Shown: positions 27,032-37,692, counted from the first letter of the stretch. The stretch is 64,000 nt of DNA from Escherichia coli (GCF_030384885.1 NZ_CP128613.1), one strand, 5' to 3'. A program made the numbers and translations. Notes: generated from the sequence alone by a model not told the origin.

Positions 27032-27735
27032 GACTGTTCTCCATAAGCGAACTCATGGGCCATCCGCGCCCGTCGCCAGTGGCGTTTCCAGTGCTCGGTG
27101 GTTTTGACATGATTTTTGCGTACATACTTGAAGACGTTATGCGAAAAGTCAGCGACGGAAAACGCATCACTATTCCGGCTGACAATGCCTTCCAGCGTAC
27201 AGGGTTGTCCGGTTTGCGTATCCCAGGGATCGAACGCACCGCGCGCATTGGTCAGCGCCAGAAAATCACGTTGCCAGCTTTTTTCATCATTCCCCGGCTG
27301 CGGGCCGGAGATTTCGGGAACGCAGGGGAAATCAAACAGAGCGGCGTAAAACTGCACCTCTTCCCAGCTCAGCCACATATCCTGGCAGCGAACGGCAAAC
27401 AGATAAAAATCCTGCTCCAGGGCGCGATATTCAATCGAATGAACGGCATAAAGATTTTCACCAAACAACTCCAGATCGCCGAGATCGTTTTTCAGCAGTT
27501 GCCAGCGTTGGCGAATTTTATAGGTCCATGCCGATTGTGTAGGCGCGGCATGGGAACGGGCAAACACGCCGTAGCGGTTAAGGCAGTTATTTTCACCGTC
27601 GAGTTTTTCAGTATGTACCAACTGCGAAATTGCCTGCATATCTTGCCAGTAACTGGCGTTAATGCGGTCATCGCTGGTGGTGCCAGGGGAGAAGGGGTAA
27701 TGCCAGGTTCTCCCGTATTTACGTTGGGTATTCAT
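27028..27735 (-). CDS. ATP-dependent RNA/polynucleotide ligase-like nucleotidyltransferase, Rnl2-like motif I
   Basis: Track ORF 235 aa: motif I TEKLDGEN (K-x-D-G-x-N), then [12 protein letters not shown] (motif III-like), EGIVSRN (motif IV-like), [10 protein letters not shown] (motif V-like) in canonical order. Confidence 0.6.
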   Translation of the reverse strand: MNTQRKYGRTWHYPFSPGTTSDDRINASYWQDMQAISQLVHTEKLDGENNCLNRYGVFARSHAAPTQSAWTYKIRQRWQLLKNDLGDLELFGENLYAVHSIEYRALEQDFYLFAVRCQDMWLSWEEVQFYAALFDFPCVPEISGPQPGNDEKSWQRDFLALTNARGAFDPWDTQTGQPCTLEGIVSRNSDAFSVADFSHNVFKYVRKNHVKTTEHWKRHWRRARMAHEFAYGEQS

Positions 27736-27951
27736 AATAATCCATTATTTTTTGTGTAATAAACGTACGCCCGCGAGGGTGCGAGTTATGGGGTTAAAAA
27801 AAATGTGAGTATCACCCGCGAAAGCGAGGGCGAAGAAAAAAGAGAATTAACAACCTGAGCGAATGCTCAGAACCGGTTAATGGTGAATGGAAGAGTTTGG
27901 AGCGGCGAAAAGATACACCGTTTGAGATGATAAAACAACCGTTTACAGAAT

Positions 27952-27982
27952 GAGCAAATAAAAAGGGAGCCGCAGCTCCCTT
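27952..27982 (-). terminator. Intrinsic terminator of emrB
   Basis: On the minus strand, gggagctgcggctccc hairpin followed by a U-run (plus strand aaataaaaagggagccgcagctccc). Confidence 0.7.
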
Positions 27983-27990
27983 TAACAACC

Positions 27991-29529
27991 TTAGTGCGCA
28001 CCGCCTCCGCCGCCACCTGCGCCAAATGGCGGTTTAGCAAACCACACCAGCCCCAGCAGGACGAGGAATATCCCGGCTGACATCCAGAAGATCTCATTGG
28101 CGGAAATAATCAGCCCCTGATTAGTGATCTGCTGGGCAATCCAGCCTGATGCCTGTTGTTGCGTCATCCCCAGCCCTTCCAGTTGGCTGTACATCGCCTG
28201 AGCGTTCGGGTTAAACGGGTTTACCGACTCGGTTAACTGTGCGTGGTGCATCGACTCGCGGTTAGTCCACATGGTGGTGGTGATGGATGTGCCGATAGAC
28301 CCCGCCAGCGTTCGCGTAAAGTTAGAGAGGCTCGATGCCGCCGCCAGTCGCTCCGGTGGCAAACCAGACAGCGTAATGGTGGTCAGCGGCATAAAGAAGC
28401 AGGCCACCGCGAAGCCCTGGATAAACTGCGGCCAGGCCGACGCGCCAAAATCCATCCCCGGTTCAAAGGTATAAGCACGCCAGTAGAAGCAGACGGCATA
28501 CATGATAAAGCTGAAGGTTACCAGTCGCCGCATATCCAGTTTATGCGCGAAGCGGCCGATAATCGGCGACAGGATCACCGGAATAATCCCTACCGGCGCA
28601 GAGGCAAGCCCCGCCCAGGTTGCTGTATAGCCGTAGACTTCTTGCAATAACTGCGGCAGCAGAACAATCGCGCCGAAGTAGAGCATATACGCGAGGCTGA
28701 TACACAAGCAGCCGATGGTGAAGTTGCGCGATTTAAACAACGACAGATCCACTATCGGATTATCGTCGGTCAGCTCCCAGACAATCAGGAAGCAGATAGC
28801 CACCACCGCCACCACGGTGAGGATGATTATTTCCTGCGATGAGAACCAGTCCAGCTCTTTACCGCGGTCGAGCATAATCTGCAGGCTGCCGATACCAATC
28901 ACCAGCAGTGCCAGCCCCACGGCATCAATCCGCCGCCGTTCGGTGCGGGTTTCGCGTCCGCGCAGGGTTTGCAGTGTCATCAACACCACCGCCACGCCAA
29001 TCGGCACGTTGATGAAGAATATCCAGCCCCAGTGGTAATTATCGCTGATATAACCGCCGAGGATCGGGCCGCAAATTGGCGCGACAATCACCGTCATCGA
29101 CCACAACGCCAGCGCGATCGAGCGTTTTGCTGGCGGGTAGTTATTCAGCAATAGACTTTGCGAAAGCGGGATCAACGGCCCGGCGACAATTCCCTGAATC
29201 ACGCGGAAGAAGATCAGCATATTCAGGCTGCTGGAGACACCACACGCCCACGACGCAATAGCAAAGGCGATGGTCGACCAGAGGAACAGCTTCACTTCCC
29301 CAACGCGCTTTGCCAGCCAGCCGGTAAGCGGGATCGAGATGGCATTCGCCACCCCGAAAGAAGTGATTACCCACGTTCCCTGGCTGAGCGATGAGCCCAG
29401 ATTCCCGGCGATAGTGGGGATCGCCACGTTAGCAATGGTGGAGTCCAGCACCTGCATGAATGTCGCCAGTGACAGCGCAATCGTCATAATGACCAGTTGC
29501 GCGCCTTCCAGCGGTTTTTGCTGTTGCAT
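27991..29529 (-). CDS. emrB: Multidrug efflux MFS transporter (DHA2 family)
   Basis: Track ORF 27991..29538; 14-TMS-type MFS; start refined to MQQQKPLEGAQLVIM. Confidence 0.9.
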   Translation of the reverse strand: MQQQKPLEGAQLVIMTIALSLATFMQVLDSTIANVAIPTIAGNLGSSLSQGTWVITSFGVANAISIPLTGWLAKRVGEVKLFLWSTIAFAIASWACGVSSSLNMLIFFRVIQGIVAGPLIPLSQSLLLNNYPPAKRSIALALWSMTVIVAPICGPILGGYISDNYHWGWIFFINVPIGVAVVLMTLQTLRGRETRTERRRIDAVGLALLVIGIGSLQIMLDRGKELDWFSSQEIIILTVVAVVAICFLIVWELTDDNPIVDLSLFKSRNFTIGCLCISLAYMLYFGAIVLLPQLLQEVYGYTATWAGLASAPVGIIPVILSPIIGRFAHKLDMRRLVTFSFIMYAVCFYWRAYTFEPGMDFGASAWPQFIQGFAVACFFMPLTTITLSGLPPERLAAASSLSNFTRTLAGSIGTSITTTMWTNRESMHHAQLTESVNPFNPNAQAMYSQLEGLGMTQQQASGWIAQQITNQGLIISANEIFWMSAGIFLVLLGLVWFAKPPFGAGGGGGGAH

Positions 29530-29545
29530 CACACGCACCTCTGGA

Positions 29546-30718
29546 TTAGCCAGCGTTAGCTTTTACGATATCGTCGATCAGTTTATTGACAGGTGCCAGG
29601 CTGATTTCACGCGCGGTGCTTACCGCGACCGGTGTGGAACGTACTTTATTTGCCAGTACCTGACCGTCACGGTTAGTGGTATTGACGCTCACCAGCGTGG
29701 ATAAACCGATACGCAGCGGGTATTGCTCCAGCTGTTTCTGGTCCAGTTCAATACGAACAGGCAGACGCTGAACGACTTTGATCCAGTTACCGGTGGCGTT
29801 TTGCGCCGGAAGCAGCGAGAACGCGCTACCTGTGCCCATATCCAGACCAACCACTTTACCGGTGTATTTCACATCATCGCCGTAAATATCGGTGGTGATG
29901 GTGACCGGCTGACCGATGCGCATATTGGCAATCTGCGTTTCTTTAAAGTTGGCATCCACCCACATATTGGTGGCTGGAACGACCGCCATCAGCGGCGTCG
30001 TTGGGCTAATTTGCGCGCCAGGCTGTACTGCGCGGCGGGAGACATAACCGGTCATCGGACTGACAATACGGGTACGCTCCAGCGCCAGCCAGGCGTTACG
30101 TACTTCGGTGGCAGCCTGTTGCACGGCAGGCTGATCTTCCAGTTTAGTCCCCAGAATCATCGCCTGATTGGCATTGTATTGTTGAATGGCGACATCCAGT
30201 TGCGCCTGGGCACTGGTCACCGCGTCGCGGGCGTGTTGCAGCTCTTCGCGACCAATCAGGTTGGCATTGCCCAGCGGCACACGGCGGTTGTAGTCGCTTT
30301 GTGCTTTCGCGAGGGCGATTTTCTGCACCTCAATATTCGCCTGCAACTGTTTGCTGTTAATCATCAGCTGGTGGGTTTGGCGCACGCTGGAAGCCAGTGC
30401 CGTTTTGGCTTTTTCAAACGCCTGGCGAGCATCTGTCGGGTCGAGAGTGACCAGCACATCGCCTTCTTTTACAAAATCGGTGTTATCGGCCCAGACTTTC
30501 GTCACGCTGCCAGACACCTGAGACATAATTTGAATCTGATTCCCTGCCACATATGCGTCATCGGTTTCTTCGAAATGACGCAGTACCAAAAACCAATAAA
30601 TCCCTATCGCTACGGCAATAATTATAAAGAGCAAGGTGAGAAGGAGGAGCAGACGCTTACGTTTGCCGCTCTTCTTTACCGGTTGCTGCGGGGTTTGAGT
30701 CTCCGCATTTGCGCTCAT
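29546..30718 (-). CDS. emrA: Multidrug efflux periplasmic adaptor (HlyD family)
   Basis: Track ORF 29546..30730; single N-terminal TM segment then coiled-coil/beta-barrel; start refined to MSANAETQTPQQP. Confidence 0.9.
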   Translation of the reverse strand: MSANAETQTPQQPVKKSGKRKRLLLLLTLLFIIIAVAIGIYWFLVLRHFEETDDAYVAGNQIQIMSQVSGSVTKVWADNTDFVKEGDVLVTLDPTDARQAFEKAKTALASSVRQTHQLMINSKQLQANIEVQKIALAKAQSDYNRRVPLGNANLIGREELQHARDAVTSAQAQLDVAIQQYNANQAMILGTKLEDQPAVQQAATEVRNAWLALERTRIVSPMTGYVSRRAVQPGAQISPTTPLMAVVPATNMWVDANFKETQIANMRIGQPVTITTDIYGDDVKYTGKVVGLDMGTGSAFSLLPAQNATGNWIKVVQRLPVRIELDQKQLEQYPLRIGLSTLVSVNTTNRDGQVLANKVRSTPVAVSTAREISLAPVNKLIDDIVKANAG

Positions 30719-30844
30719 ATTGTTCTCCACGATCTTCTTAACTCATCGGCTGAGCCGACCTGCTTGCCAAAAAGGCCAGCATGTTGCGATGCTGGCCAGT
30801 CATTTTTTCTTTTATAAATCTGGATTTTTGAGCGAGATGACGCG

Positions 30845-31375
30845 TTAGCTCATCGCTTCGAGAACCACACCGTCTTGTTCCATCTGGTCGAGACGGGAGA
30901 GCAATTTGCGGGTGATTTGCTCGAGCTGATCTTTTTCTGTTGTGCTGAGCGCGGACCAGAGTTGATGCAGGCAGTTATGCTGCGGTGGTAAAACCTCGCG
31001 CAAAAACTCGTGACCTTTTTCCGTTAATTGCAGATGCAGGCAGCGGCGATCGTTATCGCTTTCACGACGTTCGATCCAACCGCGTTTTTCCAGTTCATCG
31101 GCAATACGCGTCGCGTTGGTACGGGATGATCCAAGAGCACAACTCAATTCAGAAGGCTGAATACTGTGGTTTTCCTGAGACTCCAGCGTAATCAACGCCA
31201 TAAACAACGTCTCGTTAATCCCCTGAGCCTTCAGCATTTTATTGCGGTTCTCCAGCAGCTTGCTTTGCATGTGCATGCAAAGACGAGTCAGAAGGATCTC
31301 CTGATAAGGAAAATCTTCGTGGCGGCTGGCGCGAAATTTTAGCATTTGTTCAATGGGCGTAAACGAACTATCCAT
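30845..31375 (-). CDS. mprA: MarR-family repressor of emrAB
   Basis: Track ORF 176 aa with winged-helix region; upstream of emrA. Confidence 0.9.
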
Positions 31376-31465
31376 TTGGGTATGACCTCATTAATTTCAG
31401 CCGATATAGTAACGACAGTGACAAATAAAGTAAATGTATTGTTTTAGAAAAATGATTCTTGTGGG

Positions 31466-31801
31466 TTATATAATCGCCATCACTTTCCAGGCGAGCCCAT
31501 AGGCCAGCGCACTAAGCAGTGTTGGGATGATAATGCTGCGTGTTTTATAGAAACTGGCACCCAGTACCGCGAAGCCGACCAGAGTGGGCACGAAACGGCG
31601 TGTATCGTGCATCACTTCTGGTGCGGTAGAGACAACCAGCAGAGCGCATATCGAGGCGATGCCAATGGTGTCGAGCAAAATACCTACCGCGCCACGTTTG
31701 GTTGGGCGGGCATTACCCACACGCAGGCGCAGCGGCAAATAGCGGAAGCAATAATTCGCCGCGCCAACCAGTAACCCAAGCAGCAGAACCTCATAGCTCA
31801 T
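31466..31801 (-). CDS. ygaH: Branched-chain amino acid (valine) exporter small subunit, AzlD-like
   Basis: Track ORF 111 aa, hydrophobic; overlaps ygaZ. Confidence 0.8.
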   Translation of the reverse strand: MSYEVLLLGLLVGAANYCFRYLPLRLRVGNARPTKRGAVGILLDTIGIASICALLVVSTAPEVMHDTRRFVPTLVGFAVLGASFYKTRSIIIPTLLSALAYGLAWKVMAII

Positions 31802-32528
31802 CGGGCGCTCCTTGCCAGAATGCCTGGATTAACGCAGTGAGGCAGCCACAGACAATGCCTGCCAGAATGGCGACGGGAATAGAAAATAGCGTTACGCCTG
31901 CAAGGGCACCAACTAACGCTGCGGTAACGCAAAGAGATTGTTTGCGCTGGAAAGAGGCGAGCAGGAAACTCATAAAGAGTGCCGGAAGCATAAAACCTAA
32001 TGCTGCTTCAACGGCGGGATATCCTTGCAGCAAGCCGCTGCCGGAGAATGCCCCTATTACCGTACCAAATACCCACGATGACCATGAACTGAAGGCAATG
32101 CCGATCATCCAGTTCTCGCTCCAGCGGCGATTATTGCGTACCAGTTTTGCGGTTGCGGCGGCAAAAACCTCATCCGTCAGGCCAAACGCCCACAGGGCAG
32201 TTTTCGATTTTTGCAGACGCTGAATAATACGGCTACGCAGTGACGGGCCATACAAAACATGGCGAACATCCATTGCCATGACGGTCAGTGCAGCAACCCA
32301 CAAACTACTCCCGGCTGCCAGCATCGCGGTAATGACGAACTGGCTCGCGCCTGCATAAATGATGCAGGAGAAAAAAACGCTTTCGAGAGGAGAGAATCCC
32401 AGACGGGTCGCATTCAGACCAAACGCAAAGGCCACCGGAATATAACTAATAACAATCGGTAAACTGTCTTTGCATCCTTCCATGAAGGTCGCCGAACCAG
32501 GAGCAGGCTGTGGAGTAGGGCTTTCCAT
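31791..32528 (-). CDS. ygaZ: Branched-chain amino acid (valine) exporter large subunit, AzlC-like
   Basis: Track ORF 245 aa, hydrophobic; operon with ygaH. Confidence 0.8.
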   Translation of the reverse strand: MESPTPQPAPGSATFMEGCKDSLPIVISYIPVAFAFGLNATRLGFSPLESVFFSCIIYAGASQFVITAMLAAGSSLWVAALTVMAMDVRHVLYGPSLRSRIIQRLQKSKTALWAFGLTDEVFAAATAKLVRNNRRWSENWMIGIAFSSWSSWVFGTVIGAFSGSGLLQGYPAVEAALGFMLPALFMSFLLASFQRKQSLCVTAALVGALAGVTLFSIPVAILAGIVCGCLTALIQAFWQGAPDEL

Positions 32529-32651
32529 AGAGTGTACGCTTAACGATTGTTAATATTATAAATAGACTGAATGAATATCTTAACCTTATCAGACTGATGG
32601 GCTTCTTAACACCCTTATAAGTGTAAAGCCACGAAAACGGTTGCTGATTGC

Positions 32652-33836
32652 TTAAATTGCGGCTTCCTGACGATGAAAACCTCGCCACCAGACCAGTAAG
32701 TTAACCAGGGCAATCGTCGCGCCAGCCAGACAAACGCCAGCCCAACCGCCATGTTGCCAGGCTGAGGCTGAAATTAGCGAACCGGCGGCACCGCCAATGA
32801 AGTAGCTGGTCATGTAACCTGCGGTCAGGCGATTACGCGCATCAGGGTGTATTCGATAAATTACCGTCTGGTTAGTGATATGCACGCCCTGCACGGTGAG
32901 ATCCAGCACCAGGATGCCGATAATCAAGGCCAGTACGGAAGTGTGTCCAAACCAGATAGCCAGCCATGAAAGTAACAGCAGCAGCAGGCCGAAAGTTGTG
33001 GTGAGGTGTGATTTGCCCTTATCGGCAAAACCGCCCGCCGGACGAGCGCCCAACGCTCCGGCAGCTCCCGCGAGTCCAAACAGACCAATTACGCCATCGC
33101 TGTAATTAAAAGGCGGAGCGGCGAGCAAAAAGGCCATTGAGGTCCAGAGAATGCTGAAGTTGGCAAAGGTCAGGCAGCCCAGCAACGCGCGGGTGCGCAG
33201 AATTTTATCGCTGATAAACATGCTGAAAACGGAACCAAGCAACTGTGGGTAGTTGAGGTGGGTTTCTGATTTCATTTGTGGCAGACCACGCCATAATGCC
33301 AGCGCCATCAGTGCCATTAACACCGAGGCAACCCAAAAGACGGTGCGCCAGCCGCCGAGGTTTGCCAGCAACCCGGCAACGGTTCGTGCCAGCAAGATCC
33401 CCAACAGCAGCCCGCTCATAATGGTGCCGACCACTTTGCCGCGTTTGTCCGGTGAAGCCAGCGTCGCTGCCAGCGGAACCAGAATTTGTGCCACGACCGA
33501 GAATAAACCGGTTAATGCCGTACCGAGGATCATCATCGCCAGCGACTGACTGCTGGCGGTAATCAACATACCGCCCGCTGCCAGTAAGGTCATCGAGACA
33601 ATCAGGCGGCGGCGTTCAAACATATCACCGAGGGGAACAAGAAACAGCAGACCTGCGGCATAGCCCAACTGCGCGGCGGTAACAATAAAGCCCGCCGAAC
33701 TGGCGGAAAGGGAAAAGTTACGCGCGATGGTGTCGAGTAATGGCTGGGCGTAATAGTTACTGGCTACCGCCAGACCGGTGGCGATAGACATCAGCACGAT
33801 CAGTGCCGGGCTAAGCTCATGATTAGGTTTAGTCAT
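32652..33836 (-). CDS. ygaY: MFS transporter, apparently intact
   Basis: Track ORF 394 aa uninterrupted, 12-TMS-like; position between ygaZ and proX. Confidence 0.7.
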   Translation of the reverse strand: MTKPNHELSPALIVLMSIATGLAVASNYYAQPLLDTIARNFSLSASSAGFIVTAAQLGYAAGLLFLVPLGDMFERRRLIVSMTLLAAGGMLITASSQSLAMMILGTALTGLFSVVAQILVPLAATLASPDKRGKVVGTIMSGLLLGILLARTVAGLLANLGGWRTVFWVASVLMALMALALWRGLPQMKSETHLNYPQLLGSVFSMFISDKILRTRALLGCLTFANFSILWTSMAFLLAAPPFNYSDGVIGLFGLAGAAGALGARPAGGFADKGKSHLTTTFGLLLLLLSWLAIWFGHTSVLALIIGILVLDLTVQGVHITNQTVIYRIHPDARNRLTAGYMTSYFIGGAAGSLISASAWQHGGWAGVCLAGATIALVNLLVWWRGFHRQEAAI

Positions 33837-33939
33837 TATTTTTGTTCATCAGGTGATGATTAAGCTGGAAATCAATAATAGCGGATGTTGATGAATATGG
33901 GATGAAAGATAGATTGTTGAAATGTGCGGTGTGGTTTGC

Positions 33940-34018
33940 AGGCATGATAAGACGCGGCCGCGTCGCATCAGGCATTGTGTACAGAGCGGCGGATGAGGCA
34001 AAAGCGCCTTATCCGCCC
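33940..34018. repeat. REP/BIME palindromic elements between ygaY and proX
   Basis: gcatgataagacgcggccgcgtcgcatcaggc and ggcggatgaggcaaaagcgccttatccgccc. Confidence 0.75.
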
Positions 34019-34027
34019 GAATAAAAA

Positions 34028-35020
34028 TTACTTCTGCGCTGCCAGCGCCTCATTCACCCAGCCATCGAACTGCTGCTGGTGGGCTTTGATCCAGCCATCA
34101 ACGTGGCCCTGGATATCGCCTTCTGAGGCTTTGCCGTCATGCATGATGGCGTTCTGGGCGTTAATGTCTGCCACCGGCAACTGCATAATGGCAAATAGTT
34201 TGGCTGCCGCCGGGTTTTTCTCGGCCCAGGCTTTGTTGGCAACGATATGCATGGTGCTGACCGGGAAGCCATAATTCGCACCATTCGGCAGTTTAGTGTC
34301 GGCGTTTTTATCGCCCGGCAGTGCGGAGAACGGCACCTGCAACCAGACGACATCTTTGCCCGGCTTCAGTTCGTTACTCACCCAGTACGGCGTCCAGGTG
34401 TAGTAAAACACCGGCTTACCCTCTTTGTAACGACTGATGGTGTCAGCCATCATCGCTGCGTAGTTCCCCTGATTATGCGTCACGGTATTGGTCAGTTCAT
34501 ACGCTGCAAGCTGGTGGTTGATCGCACCTTCGCAGCCCCAGCCTGGGTTACAGCCAGTCAAATCTGCTTTACCGTCGCCGTTGGTATCGAACAGTTTGGC
34601 GATCTTCGGATCTTTCAGTTGCGCGATGTTGGTGATTTTGTACTGGTCGGCGGTTTTCTTATCGATCAGGTAACCCTGTGCCGCGCCGTTAACGAATACC
34701 CCTTCACGATAAAATTTCTTATCGCCACCGGCAGCTTCGTACATGTTGTCATGCAGCGGCGTCCAGTTCACGGCGGTGAAGGTTGCATCGCCGGAAGCAA
34801 GTGAGGTGTAGCCAACGTTGTAATCCACTTCGCTGGGTTTATTGACGGTATAACCTAATTTCTCCAGCGCGCGGCTGACCAGCAGCGTCTGGAAAGTTTC
34901 TTCGGTGATGGTGCTCTGAACCGGATTAACAGTAATGCCTTTGCCCGGCAGGTCGGCAGCAAAAGTTTGTGTAGAGATAAGCGTGGCAAACGCTGTCGCA
35001 AAAAGTACGCTATGTCGCAT
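34028..35020 (-). CDS. proX: Glycine betaine/proline ABC transporter periplasmic binding protein
   Basis: Track ORF 34028..35062; start refined to [21 protein letters not shown] (signal peptide). Confidence 0.9.
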
Positions 35021-35077
35021 TGTTATTCCTTTTTTTGGCAGGGTGATAATGCCCGGCGTCACCGGGCAAGTGCAGAG

Positions 35078-36142
35078 TTACTTAATGAATGGGCGGGTCA
35101 GCAGACCGACAGGGCCAGTGGTGTACCAGCGACGGTTGCCGCGACTGCGTGAGTCGCGCCCAACGGCCTGCGTCAGGCGGTCGAGGATAATGGCGAGGAT
35201 CACAATCCCGACGCCGCCAACGGTGGCAAGGCCCATATCCAGACGACCGATACCGCGTAGTACCATCTGACCCAGCCCGCCGACGGCAATCATCGAGGCG
35301 ATGACCACCATAGAAAGGGCCAGCATCAGCGTCTGGTTAACGCCCGCCATTATGGTCGGCATCGCCAGCGGTAACTGAACTTTGAACAGCATTTGACGCG
35401 GGCTGGCACCGAATGAGCGCGAGGCTTCAATTAAATCCGCCGGAACCTGATTAATACCAAGAATCGTCAGACGGATAATCGGCGGCAGAGCAAAGATTAT
35501 AGTCACCACTACGCCCGGCACGTTGCCGATACCAAACAGCATGACGATTGGCACCAGATAAACAAACGCTGGCGTGGTCTGCATGGCATCAAGCAGTGGA
35601 CGAATAATTTTCGCCGCTCGCGGACTTCTCGCGAGCCAGATCCCCAACGGCAAACCTATGACGATACAGAACAGCAGGGCGGTTAACACCAGCGCCAGGG
35701 TAACCATGGCCTGCGACCAGGCACCGATTGCGCCGATGGCAATCAGCGAAACCAGCGTCGCCACGCCCATTCCGACCCCGGAAATCTGCCAGGCGATGAG
35801 AGCGAAAACGATAATCGCCACCGGCGCGGGCATACCCAGCAGCAATTGCTGGAAACCGTTGAGGATGTAATCGACCGGAACGCGCACGCCCTGAAAGACG
35901 GGACGAAAATGGGTAACGACCCAGTCGATCCCTTCAGTGACCCAACTGTCGAGCGGGATCAGCGTTTTATGGAACGGATCGAGAATATTAAAATGTTCGA
36001 CATTTGGCGCAGGCGTACTGGTCAGCCAGTCAGCGCCACCGCCGTCAGTCGGTGCAGTCGCCGGTGTACCCCAGGCGTCTGCGGATTGTGCAGCACTGTC
36101 CGCCGCTGGCGTGGTATCCCACGGATTATTTTGATCAGCCAT
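35078..36142 (-). CDS. proW: Glycine betaine/proline ABC transporter permease
   Basis: Track ORF 354 aa with hydrophobic permease core. Confidence 0.9.
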   Translation of the reverse strand: MADQNNPWDTTPAADSAAQSADAWGTPATAPTDGGGADWLTSTPAPNVEHFNILDPFHKTLIPLDSWVTEGIDWVVTHFRPVFQGVRVPVDYILNGFQQLLLGMPAPVAIIVFALIAWQISGVGMGVATLVSLIAIGAIGAWSQAMVTLALVLTALLFCIVIGLPLGIWLARSPRAAKIIRPLLDAMQTTPAFVYLVPIVMLFGIGNVPGVVVTIIFALPPIIRLTILGINQVPADLIEASRSFGASPRQMLFKVQLPLAMPTIMAGVNQTLMLALSMVVIASMIAVGGLGQMVLRGIGRLDMGLATVGGVGIVILAIILDRLTQAVGRDSRSRGNRRWYTTGPVGLLTRPFIK

Positions 36143-37337
36143 TATTTACCCCCTCACGATCTAAAGCGCGCAGCAGCATTCCTTTCGAAATGATGCCGAC
36201 ATACTGTTGGTCCTCGTCGACCACGGGCACCGCACAGGGCGCTTGTCCGACATGAGAGAGCAACTCGCTAAGAGGCGTTTGCGCATCGACTGCTAATGGT
36301 GCATCAATCAGCGCCGCATCAAGACCTTGCTGCTGCGTTAACGCGGTTTTAAGCGAATCGATAGACACAGCGCCGACAAACTTATTACCGCGTTCGATAA
36401 CGTAGCCATATTCGCGGTCTTCATCCTGCAATAATTTCAATGCCGAACGTGGGCCGAAGCCAGGGGTTTTACGAATTAAGCCATTCGGTGTCCGACGGGC
36501 AATATCTTTCGCACTGAATACCTGACTAATATCAACGCCACGGAAGAAGGTACGGACATAATCATTCGCCGGATTATTGAGAATTTCATCCGGTGTGCCA
36601 ACCTGCACCACTTCACCATTTTGCATAATGGCAATTCGGTCGCCAATACGCATAGCTTCGTCGAGATCGTGAGAAATAAAGACAATGGTACGTTGATGTT
36701 TCGCCTGTAATTTTACCAGCTCATCCTGCATCTCAGTGCGAATTAATGGATCAAGCGCCGAGAAGGCTTCGTCCATTAATAATATATCCGGATTAATTGC
36801 TAATGCGCGTGCTAATCCGACGCGTTGACGCATCCCACCAGAGAGCTCGTCCGGGTAGCTATGGGCATAATTTTCCAGCCCGACCTGACGCAGTGCATCA
36901 AGGGCTTTTTCCCGACGTTCTTCGGCATTAATTCCGGCCAATTCCATACCGAATGCAGTATTGTCCAGCACGGTCATATGCGGCATTAAGGCAAAGGACT
37001 GGAAGACCATCGCAATCTTTTTTCTGCGCACCTCACGGAGTTCGGCGTCGGATATTTTGGCAATATCCACACCATCAATCAGCACTTGCCCGCGGGTGGG
37101 TTCAATCAGGCGATTGAGAAGGCGTACCATTGTGGATTTACCCGAACCGGATAATCCCATGATGACAAATATCTCGCCTTCTTCAATGGCCAGACTGGCG
37201 TCTTTTACGCCAAGCGATAGCCCGGTTTTTTCCAGAATTTGTTCTTTTGAAAGTCCTTGTTCGATATATTTGAACGCTCGCTGAGGATGCTCGCCAAATA
37301 TTTTATAGAGATTTTTAATTTCTAATTTAATTGCCAT
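36135..37337 (-). CDS. proV: Glycine betaine/proline ABC transporter ATPase with tandem CBS domains
   Basis: Track ORF 400 aa; Walker [10 protein letters not shown] and ABC signature LSGGMRQR. Confidence 0.95.
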   Translation of the reverse strand: MAIKLEIKNLYKIFGEHPQRAFKYIEQGLSKEQILEKTGLSLGVKDASLAIEEGEIFVIMGLSGSGKSTMVRLLNRLIEPTRGQVLIDGVDIAKISDAELREVRRKKIAMVFQSFALMPHMTVLDNTAFGMELAGINAEERREKALDALRQVGLENYAHSYPDELSGGMRQRVGLARALAINPDILLMDEAFSALDPLIRTEMQDELVKLQAKHQRTIVFISHDLDEAMRIGDRIAIMQNGEVVQVGTPDEILNNPANDYVRTFFRGVDISQVFSAKDIARRTPNGLIRKTPGFGPRSALKLLQDEDREYGYVIERGNKFVGAVSIDSLKTALTQQQGLDAALIDAPLAVDAQTPLSELLSHVGQAPCAVPVVDEDQQYVGIISKGMLLRALDREGVNNG

Positions 37338-37557
37338 GCAATAGAAAGATTCCTGTTATTTGTTTATGTCGATACATTACCCAATGGAAATAGTCACTTT
37401 TTTCTACCCTAACATACTGAGAATCTGAGGCAACCCCTGATGGTAAATGTGGCATGAATATTGATGCGAGCAAATCGCCGGAATTTCCCGTGATATAAGG
37501 GCTGAGAGCGAATCGAGAAAAGTTGATATTTTTTGTCATAGATAGCGAAAAAACGCC

Positions 37558-37589
37558 TGAATATTGTGGTTTCAGGCGAATAATGCAAC
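37558..37589 (-). terminator. Intrinsic terminator downstream of nrdF, within the proU upstream region
   Basis: On the minus strand, cgcctgaaaccacaatattcaggcg hairpin followed by UUUUUU. Confidence 0.6.
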
Positions 37590-37692
37590 AGAGTATCAGT
37601 GTAGATCACCACAAAATATTTGCGTGATAAAAAGCTATTTGGCAGGAATTATTTCCCTACTGTGGTTGGTGATATTTTTGAAAATAACACAC

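Noticed and set aside
25919-27735. The repair cassette as part of a prophage or integrative element
   Set aside because: No integrase, transposase, att-like direct repeats or phage structural genes are adjacent, and the composition looks host-like. It reads as a compact two-gene module, not a mobile-element remnant.
27055-27759. 234-aa plus-strand ORF antisense to the ligase-like gene
   Set aside because: The minus-strand frame carries ordered ligase motifs (KxDG and following); the plus-strand frame has no motif support.
29723-30817. 364-aa plus-strand ORF antisense to emrA
   Set aside because: Antisense to a well-supported gene, with a His/Arg/Gly-rich low-complexity translation. Judged spurious.
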